A stretch of 64,000 bases of DNA from an uncultured delta proteobacterium. GTDB lineage: Bacteria > Desulfobacterota > Binatia > Binatales > Binataceae. The translations under genes and the position numbers were made by a program. The stretch lies in assembly GCA_963810495.1 (NCBI GenBank), contig CAWENP010000001.1, forward strand, positions 72,990 through 136,989, in the 5' to 3' direction. Each line of letters begins with the position of its first letter. Within the stretch, counting starts at the first letter, position 1. The notes beneath the pieces were generated by a model, which saw only the letters and a program-made list of their open reading frames with translations, was not told the DNA's origin and ran no database searches. Shown piece by piece: positions 19,547 to 28,608 of the stretch.

Positions 19547-19967
19547 ATCCGACCTGTCACACAGATCATGCTCACATCGAGAAGCAGTCGCCCCGCGACG
19601 CTCAGCGGCTCGCCCAGAATGTCCGTGAAAGCCAACGTCTCAAGACAGCACGAGGATCGAGACGACGCGGCGGCTGCGTTCACGCGAACGGAAACGACTC
19701 GACCCTGTAGTTGAGACTCGGCGCGGGCGTTAAGCCGCCAGGCTGCAAGCGCCAAAGCCAATTCGGGCAAGGTGGAAGCGGCGGAAGGCGGGACGCTCTT
19801 GCTCTGCTGACTCGGGTGTTTCAACCGACGTTGGTTTATCTGTTCCGTCGGCCGCTCGGCCTGACCGACAAGCACGGAGGCCAGCAGGCATCGGTAGGCG
19901 CGAATCTTGCCCATGAATAATCTTGCGGATGATTGAATTGGTGCCCCACAAAAAAAAGCTCGGCGCC

Positions 19968-20750
19968 TTAGAACGTCCACCCGACAATCGACTTGAGAAA
20001 CACCCCGTCACTCGCGCGCGTCACTCCCAATCCGACGCCGAGATTCAGCTCGAGTTGCGGAATGAAATAGAAGTTCAGGGCCGGCACGATGAAATGCTGC
20101 TGCTCCTGCACCTTTTCCAGCGGCTGAATAGGCCCCATGTCGCCATAGTACTCAAGTGCCGGCGAAACCCAGCGGCTCAAATCATAGAGTAGCTCGCCCG
20201 ACGGCTCGAATTGAAACCCGCGATGCGTCTGCGGGCCGCTGAACGGCTTTATAAGCGGAAAGTCCGCGACCACGCGAAATGGCTTGTAGGTCGCGCCGAC
20301 GATCGGCCGCAACTCGAGCGTCAGAGGATTTTCCTCAGCCGCGCGCCGCATGTAGTCGAGCTCAATATTGCCGCCGAACTGCACCGGCCATTCGAAGGTC
20401 TGCGGAATGCCGAAGTGAACCTTCGTGCGCGAACCCGAGTATTCGTAATGTCCGTTCGAGAGCTTCGCCGTGGCGAAATACTGGCCGACCTCGAGCCAGC
20501 GCAGGACGCCATAGGTGGCCTCGAGCGTCTCGTGTATCTGATGCACATCCATCTGGCTCTTCGCCAACTCTCCGGTCGCGGTCGAGGTCGTATTGGAATG
20601 GAGTTCGAGCGTCAGATGACCGACCGGCGCGGTGTCGGTATCGTAAATCTGGATTTCGTAGAAGTCGATCGCGTGCGATGGGCGCGCGGCCGCCAGCATC
20701 GCGAGGATGCACACCGCGAGCGCGAAAACATAATGGGAAAATTTCGTCAC
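19968..20750 (-). CDS. outer-membrane beta-barrel protein of the transporter / MetA-pathway (phenol degradation)-like OMP family
   Basis: Signal peptide VTKFSHYVFALAVCILAMLAAARPSHA (GTG at 20750), alternating beta-strand pattern, C-terminal aromatic ...GWTF. Confidence 0.5.
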   Translation of the reverse strand: MTKFSHYVFALAVCILAMLAAARPSHAIDFYEIQIYDTDTAPVGHLTLELHSNTTSTATGELAKSQMDVHQIHETLEATYGVLRWLEVGQYFATAKLSNGHYEYSGSRTKVHFGIPQTFEWPVQFGGNIELDYMRRAAEENPLTLELRPIVGATYKPFRVVADFPLIKPFSGPQTHRGFQFEPSGELLYDLSRWVSPALEYYGDMGPIQPLEKVQEQQHFIVPALNFYFIPQLELNLGVGLGVTRASDGVFLKSIVGWTF

Positions 20751-21548
20751 GCGCGTCACGCAGGAAATTCTCGGCGCGATTCCTTGAATTTTGTGTCGTC
20801 GGCCGATTCCAGAACGATAGCGGACCAACCTATGTCGGCGCGTCCCCTCTCGTAAAATGGTGAGGCCGTACTCGCGCGGTTGTCAAGATATTCGGCTACG
20901 GTGATCGATCGGGAAAGTCTCAGACTTCTCGCCGCATGCGGAATTTTAAACGCGCACAAGGTGAGAGGTCGACCTGCCGGGCTCTGGCCGGCGCCTCGGT
21001 GGTCAGTGGCATCGCGACCCTGCTGGTCTGCGCGACGGGCCGGCAGACGGCGCTGGGCATGCTCGCCGCCACATTGATCGCTAAACCGCCTCCGACCGCG
21101 TTTGAAATCGGGCTGCGCGGGTTCAGCGTGCTGTTCGTGCTGACCGAGAGCCTGTGGTTTCATCGCGGCTGGCTTGAATCTCTTCTCCGCTTGCAATTGA
21201 GCCTTCGAACGAGCAGACTGCGTCGCGAGGCGTTTTGCGGAAACGCTTCTACGTGCAGCAGAAGAGGGGAGCTGCAAGATGCGCAATCGGGACCAATACC
21301 GCTGCGATCGCAAATATCCAAACGGCTTCGAATTTCGGGCTAGCGGCCTCGTGAGAGATTTCATCACCGTGCACACCTTCGGCGGGCGCGGCTCGCCCTC
21401 GTTCTAGACCTCCCGGCAAAAGAGTGGTCAGACGCTGCGATGCGTGCTGACCTTTGCGGGCCTTCGGAATTCCGTCCCCTGACGGGTGTTCTGTTGGATC
21501 GCAAAACCATAGAAATCCGACGCTAGCCGGCGGACTGGAGAGCCTTGC

Positions 21549-21635
21549 GGCTCCTCCAATCGATAGTCATCCACGGCTAGAGGACAGTCCAAGCTCTATC
21601 TACCTTAAGTGGTGGAGAGGTTGAGATCTGCCCTG
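21549..21635 (+). promoter_or_regulatory. conserved 5' leader element of DUF1111 gene copy 1 (ggctcctcca..atagtcatccacggc..gtggtggagaggttgagatctgcc)
   Basis: Shares two conserved blocks with 23313..23400 although the downstream coding regions have very different codon usage. Confidence 0.45.
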
Positions 21636-21697
21636 ACCCCCCGTCGCCGTCTGTTCAAATACAGACAAGCAGCGGGCAGATTCTAAGGAAGACAAAC

Positions 21698-23185
21698 ATG
21701 AAATATGGTATCAAGATACCAGTAGCAGTAGGACTCATCTTGCTTTTGTGTGTAGGTTCTGCTCGTTCGCAAACTCACTTTAGGAATCACACCGCCGGCT
21801 ATTCCGGAATGGGAGACCCACTTCCGGAAATAACAAACAATCCAACTGACCTGATAAACTTCGTCAATGGTCAGTTGAATATGAAAGAAATCGAGACCTT
21901 GAATCCGGCAACTAACCCCACCGGTCCAGCTGGTCAATTAGGGCCTTTATTCAATAATACATCCTGTGCAGCTTGTCATAGTAACCCTGCAATGGGAGGG
22001 GGCGGACTGAATCTATTTGAGCAACGCCTATCAACCGGAGGACCTCCAGTAAGAATCTTTGCTGTAGACAACATGCTCATGGGAGGTCCAATAATGGAGG
22101 ATACGACTGTGATCTTTCCATATGGGACAGCGGCTGCCACACTCGGTGGACAGATAGGATTGATGGATAATTCGGCCTCTACTTGTCAACAAGTTGAATT
22201 GGCGAGAGGATTTTCCTTTAAATTGCCAATTTGTATTCCAGGAACTTCTAATGATACGGGATTAACTGGAAGGCCAACTTGCATTGCTCACCGTGAGGCA
22301 TTGCCAATATTCGGAGATGGCTTGGTTGAAGCAACTGCCGATGCAACCTTTGAGCAAATCGCAGCTAGCCAGGATCCATCGATTCGCGGATCGACTCGGA
22401 TGATTGTCGAGACGAACCAGAATGGACCACCTACATCTGAAGTGTCACCAACCACTTTGGCAGCGCTAGCAGCTGCTCATGTTGGCAGATTTGGATGGAA
22501 AGATGAGCATTCTAGTCTGCTGGCTTTTGCCGGCGACGCCTATTTGAACGAAATTGGCATTACTAATGATTTGAATAAGAATCCAAACACAACTTGTGCA
22601 ATGGGTGTCACTCAGTTTGGAGTAGTCCTGCAGTCGCCTGACGACCCGGAAGATACCGTTGATTCGACCGGACGTGCAGATTTAGATCGCTTTACTGATT
22701 TCATGCGCGGATTACAGCCTCCACCCGAAGCTCCACAAACTGCTGATACCGAGGCCGGACAGCAATTATTTGAACAAATAAATTGCTCAGGTTGTCATGT
22801 CGAGTCGATTACGACTGCATCTAATCCATCTGCATTCATTCCACCGACAATCGATGGCAAGCCTCTTACTTCGACCCTTAATTCGGCGTTAACCAACGTG
22901 ACCTATCACCCATATAGCGATTTTCTGATGCACGATATGGGCAGCATGGGAGATGGAGTTAACGATAATGAATCACCTACGGATATGGGTGGACCAACTA
23001 TGATGCGTACTATGCCATTGTGGGGAATACGTGCTCGTGAAGTCTTTTTACATGATGGTCGTGCTGCCGACATAGCTACCGCGATAGTGTTGCACGACGG
23101 GCAAGGTAAGGCTGCATCGCAAGCGTTTCAGGCCTTAAGCCCTAGCGAGCAACAGCAGATTGTGGATTTTATCGAAACTCTATAA
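21698..23185 (+). CDS. di-heme cytochrome c peroxidase-like oxidoreductase (DUF1111 family), AT-rich paralog
   Basis: Signal peptide; two CxxCH motifs (CAACH, CSGCH); FGDGLVEA, GRFGWK, PLWGIRAREVFLHDGRA blocks. Confidence 0.75.
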   Translation: MKYGIKIPVAVGLILLLCVGSARSQTHFRNHTAGYSGMGDPLPEITNNPTDLINFVNGQLNMKEIETLNPATNPTGPAGQLGPLFNNTSCAACHSNPAMGGGGLNLFEQRLSTGGPPVRIFAVDNMLMGGPIMEDTTVIFPYGTAAATLGGQIGLMDNSASTCQQVELARGFSFKLPICIPGTSNDTGLTGRPTCIAHREALPIFGDGLVEATADATFEQIAASQDPSIRGSTRMIVETNQNGPPTSEVSPTTLAALAAAHVGRFGWKDEHSSLLAFAGDAYLNEIGITNDLNKNPNTTCAMGVTQFGVVLQSPDDPEDTVDSTGRADLDRFTDFMRGLQPPPEAPQTADTEAGQQLFEQINCSGCHVESITTASNPSAFIPPTIDGKPLTSTLNSALTNVTYHPYSDFLMHDMGSMGDGVNDNESPTDMGGPTMMRTMPLWGIRAREVFLHDGRAADIATAIVLHDGQGKAASQAFQALSPSEQQQIVDFIETL

Positions 23186-23312
23186 GCGCTGCGACCGTGG
23201 GTTGGGGGCATCCCACGCTAAAGCTCGGAACCCCCTTCACGCCGGAGCATCACCGTCAGACGCCGGTAGCAATCAGGTTGAAGGACCGAACATCATAGCC
23301 TGCCCCGTCTGA

Positions 23313-23400
23313 GGCTCCTCCAGTTAATAGTCATCCACGGCAAAAGCGTTCCGATCGCTACTACCACTCATACGTAGTGGAGAGGTTGGAGTCTGCCTTG
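23313..23400 (+). promoter_or_regulatory. conserved 5' leader element of DUF1111 gene copy 2
   Basis: ggctcctccagttaatagtcatccacggc ... gtagtggagaggttggagtctgcc, homologous to 21549..21635. Confidence 0.45.
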
Positions 23401-23435
23401 GGGTCGCCCTGGTGTCGATTTAATCGAACACGAAA

Positions 23436-24869
23436 TTGCAGAGAAAGAATCATATGGTTAGTCGATTGATTTTACTGTTGATCGGTATGTTGTGTATTTG
23501 GACGCAAGTCGCAAACGCGGGACCGGCCAATCGAAGAGCCAGTTCAACAACAGGAAGCCAGGCGAGCGTGCCGATAAATCTGGACGGTTTCGGTTCTCCA
23601 CTACCCGCAGTGGCGCAAAACGGATCGGATCTGACGGTCTTCGCGACCGGACAAGTGAACTTCAAGGAAGTCGAGACGCTGCCACAGGTAGGACCGATCA
23701 TGAATCGCGTATCTTGCGCGGGGTGTCATTCGCAGCCGGCGATCGGCGGCGGCGGATTGTTTATCAACGAGATCCGGGTGCGCAACAATACTCAGGCGGG
23801 TCCGGTACATATCTTCGCAGTGGACAATTTCGTGCGCAATGGGCCGCAGACCCAGGGTAACACGGCGATTTGTACGCAGGGTATCGAGGGCGAGCCGCTC
23901 GGTTGCCAAATAACCGTTCCTGGATGCTAATTATCGCCCTGTCAGCAGGAGGAGGCGGCGAAGACCACCTTTAGTACGGACCTTGGCGTCTGCGATCCGA
24001 CGAGCGTCGAATTCCACAGCGGCGGCAATTGCGTAGTGGGGCGCGCGGCGCTGGCGCTCTTCGGTGACGGCCTGATCGAAGCGGTCCCGGATCAGACCCT
24101 CGAGCAAATCGCAGAGAGCGAGCCACCTGAGATTCAGGGCACTGTGAAAATGGTGACCGAGAATTTCACCAAGGTTGCGCATGTCGGACGCTTCGGATGG
24201 AAAAATGACCACGCATTGCTGCGCGGCTTTGCCGGCGACGCCTACCTGAACGAGATGGGTATAACCAACCCTGACAACCAGGACGAAGTGAGCCAATGCG
24301 CCATCAACGAGAAGGCCTATGGGCTGGAGCTCGAGGACACGGGGGTCGAGGACACCATCGATCCGGATGGGCGCGCGGACATCGATCGTTTCTCGGACTT
24401 CATGCGCGGGCTGGCGCCGCCGCCGACCCTGCCTCAAAGCGCGTCGGCCCAAAACGGATCGAAGCTATTCACCAGCATGGGCTGCGGAGGCTGCCGTACC
24501 GAGAGCATGACCACCGCGTCAAATCCGGCATCGTTCATTCCGGCGTCCACGGGCGGCGTCTCGATCAGCCAGACGTTGAACGACACGCTCGCCAACCAGA
24601 CGTTTCATCCATATTCGGACTTTCTGCTGGACGACATGGGATCGCTCGGCGACGGCATCAGCTCGGGTGCCGCGGGACCGACCATGATGCGGACGGTGCC
24701 GCCGTGGGGCTTTCGCGCGAAGTCGCAATTCCTGCACGACGGTCGCGCGGCTGACGTCCCGACCGCAATCAAGCTGCATGACGGGCAGGGCAAGCCGGCA
24801 GCGCAGGCCTTCGAGGCGCTCAGCGCACAACAACAGTTGGACGTTGTGAATTTTCTCAATACACTGTGA
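23436..24869 (+). pseudogene. di-heme cytochrome c peroxidase-like (DUF1111) GC-rich paralog interrupted by an in-frame TAA at 23928-23930 (ORFs 23436..23930 and 24036..24869 share one frame)
   Basis: CAGCH and CGGCR(T) heme motifs; ALALFGDGLIEA, GRFGWKNDH, PPWGFRAKSQFLHDGRA; the frame is continuous apart from a single stop codon. Confidence 0.6.
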
Positions 24870-25094
24870 CGGGACGCGCAGGCGCATCGCCTGACCGGAG
24901 CGACGTCGGCGCCGAGGTTCAATAGCGAGAGTCAACCTGGCGGGCGGCGGCCGTTCAATGGCCGTCGCCCGCAGCAGAAGTCGCGCATCATGCGCTGCGG
25001 CAAAAGATTTCGCGTCAAGCCCGGACACACGGTCGAGCTCGCCGACATTGATCCCGGCTTCCAGTCCACGCTTGAAGGCGAGGCGGCGGCGTGA
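24770..25094 (+). repeat. direct repeat copy A: DUF1111 3' end + PPK2 5' end (with an extra ~85-nt intergenic piece)
   Basis: catgacgggcagggcaagccggc...gtgaattttctcaatacact and atgcgctgcggcaaaagatttcgcgtcaagcccggacac... recur at 26735..26955. Confidence 0.6.
24990..25094 (+). pseudogene. polyphosphate kinase 2 N-terminal fragment (34 codons, MRCGKRFRVKPGHTVELADIDPGFQSTLEGEAAA*)
   Basis: Near-identical to the start of the intact PPK2 at 26851 (MRYSNRFRVTPGHKVKLADIDPGFHSTHEDEAAA...). Confidence 0.5.
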
Positions 25095-25157
25095 ACTACG
25101 AGTTTTCGATCATCCCGAAGCTTCTTCATGCGCTTTGGAGAAAAATGGAGGTCTGCG

Positions 25158-25598
25158 ATGCGTGAACTCAAGCTTGACGAAGTGCGCAGGATGCTCGAGG
25201 CATCCGGACGCGAGGCCCAGCGATGCGGTAAGCCCAGCACCACGGCGGTCGTCGATTTCGGCGGCCATCTGCGGGGAATGGAGCGGCCCGAAGGCGGCCG
25301 GATCGCCAACGTCGATATCGCAATCAAAAAGGCGTGGACGGCGATCGCGTTCAAGCGACCTACCGCGATGGTGCGAGCGGTGATGATGCCCGAGGCGATG
25401 GGTTACGGATTGCAGCATACCGATGCGCGCATCTGCATGGTCGCCGGTGGTCTGCCGATCGTGGAAAACGGCGAATTCCTGGGCGCCGTCGGCGTCAGCG
25501 GCGGCACCATCGACGAGGACATCACCTGCTGCCTCGAGGCGCTCAAGGCGTGCAACTTTGCCACAGAATTCGCCGATCCGCTGAAGGCCGCCAGATAG
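25158..25598 (+). CDS. GlcG/HbpS-like heme-binding protein (DUF336 family)
   Basis: MRELKLDEVRRMLEASGREAQRCGKPSTTAVVDFGGHL...GGLPIVENGEFLGAVGVSGGTIDED; RBS ggag 8 nt upstream of the ATG at 25158. Confidence 0.65.
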   Translation: MRELKLDEVRRMLEASGREAQRCGKPSTTAVVDFGGHLRGMERPEGGRIANVDIAIKKAWTAIAFKRPTAMVRAVMMPEAMGYGLQHTDARICMVAGGLPIVENGEFLGAVGVSGGTIDEDITCCLEALKACNFATEFADPLKAAR

Positions 25599-25732
25599 GA
25601 AGCCCCGGATTCCCACTCATGCGGAACCCGAGACAGACTAAGCCAGGATCGGTCCGAAGCAATAGCAAGCGCCTAACGAAAATGACCACATCAAGCTAAA
25701 AAGAGCAGGCTGAAGCCACTGGCCAGGAGAGT

Positions 25733-26101
25733 TTAGTGGTGGCCACCCCCTCCATGGCCACCTCCTGCATGTCCACCAGAGCCGCCCGTATGCCCACCGG
25801 AGCCCCCACTACGGGCAAAGGAATGCCCACCACCCGCTGAGGAATGGTAGAAGCTCTCACTGTGGCCGGGGCCATGATGCTCCTCCCAGGAATGATGCAC
25901 GGCGAAGTTCGGTGAGTAGCCACGGGCATATATCGGCCAGCCATAGGAGTAGGGCGAGTAGCCGTAGCCCGGATAGCCGTAGGTAGGGCCGTAGTCGGGG
26001 CCCACGCATCCACCCAGCCCACACAGCGAACTCAGTATCAAGATGATTTGGATTAAGCGCAGCACGGCTAAAAATACCTCCCGGTAACATGCGTCTGCCA
26101 T
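25733..26101 (-). CDS. small secreted/lipoprotein-like Gly/Tyr/His-rich protein with a His-rich C-terminal tail (putative metal-binding)
   Basis: Hydrophobic N-terminus ...ILILSSLCGLGGC (lipobox-like), YGYPGYGYSPYSYGW repeats, C-terminus GGHTGGSGGHAGGGHGGGGHH. Confidence 0.4.
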   Translation of the reverse strand: MADACYREVFLAVLRLIQIILILSSLCGLGGCVGPDYGPTYGYPGYGYSPYSYGWPIYARGYSPNFAVHHSWEEHHGPGHSESFYHSSAGGGHSFARSGGSGGHTGGSGGHAGGGHGGGGHH

Positions 26102-26110
26102 GCGCTTCGC

Positions 26111-26611
26111 TTAGGGAGCACCCCAAGCCGGTTTGCCGTCGGGATGGTAGAAGGCCAGGCCGGGAGTCTCAGCGGCAGGAACATCAAGGCTGGTGCGCAA
26201 CTTGCCGCTTGGATCGTAAAGCCCCAGGCCTGGTGTTCCCACCGGTCCCAGCGCGAGCGTCGCACGCATCCTGCCGCTCTCGTCATAGAGATCGACCCCG
26301 GGTGATCCATTGGCGGCAAGATCAATCGTGATCCGCGTCTGGCCCTTGGCGTCGTTTAGGTTGATCCCCACCGCGCCATTGTCCCCGATACCCATCGCAC
26401 CTCTTACTTTGCCGTCGCTGCCGCGCAGCACAAACTGCTCGGCCTCAAGGCTCTGGGTCGGCGCCGTTTGGCCCATAAGGACCGCCGCACCCGTCAACAG
26501 TACTAGAGCGCCGGTCACCAGCCGCAGCCGCCGATTGGCGCGTCGAAGCTCGGCCTGTTGATCCTCCAGCCGCGCCATCCGTTCGATCAATTCGCCTGTG
26601 GGTTGTTCCAT
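26111..26611 (-). CDS. membrane-anchored protein with N-terminal coiled coil and degenerate G..G(L/I)..D..GK.R..L repeats
   Basis: LEDQQAELRRANRRL, TM segment LVTGALVLLTGAAVLMG, three repeat units (GINLNDAKGQTRITI / GVDLYDESGRMRATL / GLGLYDPSGKLRTSL). Confidence 0.4.
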   Translation of the reverse strand: MEQPTGELIERMARLEDQQAELRRANRRLRLVTGALVLLTGAAVLMGQTAPTQSLEAEQFVLRGSDGKVRGAMGIGDNGAVGINLNDAKGQTRITIDLAANGSPGVDLYDESGRMRATLALGPVGTPGLGLYDPSGKLRTSLDVPAAETPGLAFYHPDGKPAWGAP

Positions 26612-26734
26612 GTCACTTTTCTCATCAGGTCATTGAGATCATTTTCATAAGTTCGGAAGGACCGACTAACTAGTTCATCTTACCAAATGTGTGGGCAAAG
26701 CCGCCAACTGCCCGTGCGGGCGACAGCGCTCGCG

Positions 26735-26955
26735 CGGCATGACGGGCAGGGCAAGCCGGCTGCGCAGGCCTTCAGCGCGCCAAGCGCGCAACAACGGTTG
26801 GAGGTTGTGAATTTTCCCAATACACTTTGCCGCAGCGGAAGTCTCGCATCATGCGCTACAGCAACAGATTTCGCGTCACGCCCGGACACAAGGTCAAGCT
26901 CGCCGATATTGATCCCGGCTTTCACTCCACGCATGAAGACGAGGCGGCGGCCAAG
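26735..26955 (+). repeat. direct repeat copy B: DUF1111 3' end fragment (pseudogene piece) fused to the PPK2 5' end
   Basis: Aligns with 24770..24868 and 24975..25090; translation HDGQGKPAAQAF..SAQQ.L.VVNF.NTL matches the copy 2 C-terminus. Confidence 0.6.
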
Positions 26956-27696
26956 GGTGAGATCGTGACGAACCTCGAGAAGCTGCGCGCCTTGCAGTAT
27001 TTGATGTATGCCGAGAACAAGCGATCGCTCCTGGTCTGCCTGCAAGCGATGGATGCCGGCGGCAAGGACGGCACTATCGAGCACGTCATGGGCGCGATGA
27101 ACCCGCAGGGCTGCCGGGTGCAGGCGTTCAAGACGCCTTCCGCCGAAGAGGCCGCTCATGATTTCCTGTGGCGCGTACACAAGGCCGTCGGGGGCAAGGG
27201 AACGGTGACCGTTTTCAACCGATCACATTACGAGGACGTGCTGGTCGTGCGAGTGCATAAGCTGGTTCCGAAAGAGGTATGGTCCCGGCGCTACGATCTT
27301 ATCAACGACTTCGAAAAAGAGCTGACTGACGGCGGCACGCATATCCTCAAATTCTTTCTGCACATCAGCAAGGAGGAGCAGCTCGCTCGATTCAAGGACC
27401 GGCTCAACGATCCGACCAAGCAATGGAAGATCAGTGAGAGTGACTACCGGGAACGCGAGTTCTGGGATGACTACATGAAAGCCTATGAGGACGTCTTGCG
27501 AGAGTGCAGCACCGACGATGCGCCCTGGTTCATCATTCCGTCCAACCACAAGTGGTTCCGCAATCTTGCGGTTTCACAGATCCTCGTGGAGCATCTCGAG
27601 GCTTTGAAAATGGAATTCCCCAAGCCCACGGCCGATCTCAAACAGATCGAACGCCGGTATCACCGCGCGGAAAGGGAAGCGCACAAGCGCCGGTAA
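26851..27696 (+). CDS. ppk2: polyphosphate kinase 2 (PPK2 family polyphosphate:nucleotide phosphotransferase)
   Basis: LLVCLQAMDAGGKDGTI (Walker A-like), VFNRSHYEDVLVVRVH, FLHISKEEQLARFKDR, PWFIIPSNHKWFRNLAVSQIL. Confidence 0.8.
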   Translation: MRYSNRFRVTPGHKVKLADIDPGFHSTHEDEAAAKGEIVTNLEKLRALQYLMYAENKRSLLVCLQAMDAGGKDGTIEHVMGAMNPQGCRVQAFKTPSAEEAAHDFLWRVHKAVGGKGTVTVFNRSHYEDVLVVRVHKLVPKEVWSRRYDLINDFEKELTDGGTHILKFFLHISKEEQLARFKDRLNDPTKQWKISESDYREREFWDDYMKAYEDVLRECSTDDAPWFIIPSNHKWFRNLAVSQILVEHLEALKMEFPKPTADLKQIERRYHRAEREAHKRR

Positions 27697-28013
27697 AAAC
27701 TGGCCCAACGTTGGACGCTTCGCGCGCGGCGGTTACCGCTCGGGCTCGCTGAAACTGTCCGGCGTCAGCCTGAGCGGATTTGCGGCAGGATTTCATCGAA
27801 CTTGGCAGCGGAATTCAGAGACTTGGGGGTCATATCAGCGCAGCGCGACGTTGCGGTTCAGCGACGGCGGTTACGTAGGCGATCCCACCGTGCAAGGCTA
27901 GGCCCGAAATAGCAGTTCTATGCGTCACGAGACGCTGTTGGCACGTCTCGTGCCTAAGAAGGTTCCTATTTGGGCATTTTCGACGTCAGCAGGGAAGTAA
28001 GGACGGTTCGAGC

Positions 28014-28226
28014 GTGAGTCTGAAAAGCAGAATCCGCGAAGCACAGCGCGAGGCGGCCAAACGCATGAAGCGTGATACTCGGCGCAACGCCAGCGACAAG
28101 GACGGCGCTCCTATCTTCGGTTCAAAAGACGGCGTTGAAGACGAAATGAGGGAAGCGATGCCCACGGTCGAGGAAATCAGGATCGCGCTGTTGCGCAAAT
28201 CCACCAACGGAAAGAACACGCAGTGA
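28014..28226 (+). CDS. hypothetical small charged protein
   Basis: 70-aa ORF; weak. Confidence 0.2.
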   Translation: MSLKSRIREAQREAAKRMKRDTRRNASDKDGAPIFGSKDGVEDEMREAMPTVEEIRIALLRKSTNGKNTQ

Positions 28227-28254
28227 AGCATCGCCACGCCCTCGGGACTCGCTT

Positions 28255-28509
28255 GTGAGTATCATGCTCCGATTTTTTTTCCTGGTCGGCCTGCTCGGGT
28301 TTGCAGCCGTATTTCGATTGCCCGAAACCCGGCTGCTAGGCCTGATAGTGATGGACTATGCCAGCTTCTCCGTCCTCTATCGCCTCGCGCAAAGATCGCA
28401 CGCCCGAAGCTTCGCGAAAGACTGCCGGGAGCTCATCGAGACCTACAACGTCGGCGACGAACTCGCGAAAAAGCTGACCAGCTATTGGGCCAACGAGCGC
28501 CGGCAGTGA
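28255..28509 (+). CDS. hypothetical small membrane protein
   Basis: 84-aa ORF with two hydrophobic segments. Confidence 0.25.
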   Translation: MSIMLRFFFLVGLLGFAAVFRLPETRLLGLIVMDYASFSVLYRLAQRSHARSFAKDCRELIETYNVGDELAKKLTSYWANERRQ

Positions 28510-28608
28510 AGCCGGCCTCGATCGCGCTCGCGCAATGACGGCCGCCGCGGACGGATTTTTTCCGAAGCTCATGGTCCGGTTCCTCAAGTGACGCGGGCCT
28601 CCCACGAA

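Noticed and set aside
20211-20863. Two ~200-aa plus-strand ORFs
   Set aside because: Antisense to the outer-membrane beta-barrel gene (19968..20750), with R/S-rich low-complexity translations.
23928-23930. TAA as programmed readthrough or recoding
   Set aside because: No known recoding context; TAA is not a selenocysteine codon. Pseudogenisation or a base error is simpler.
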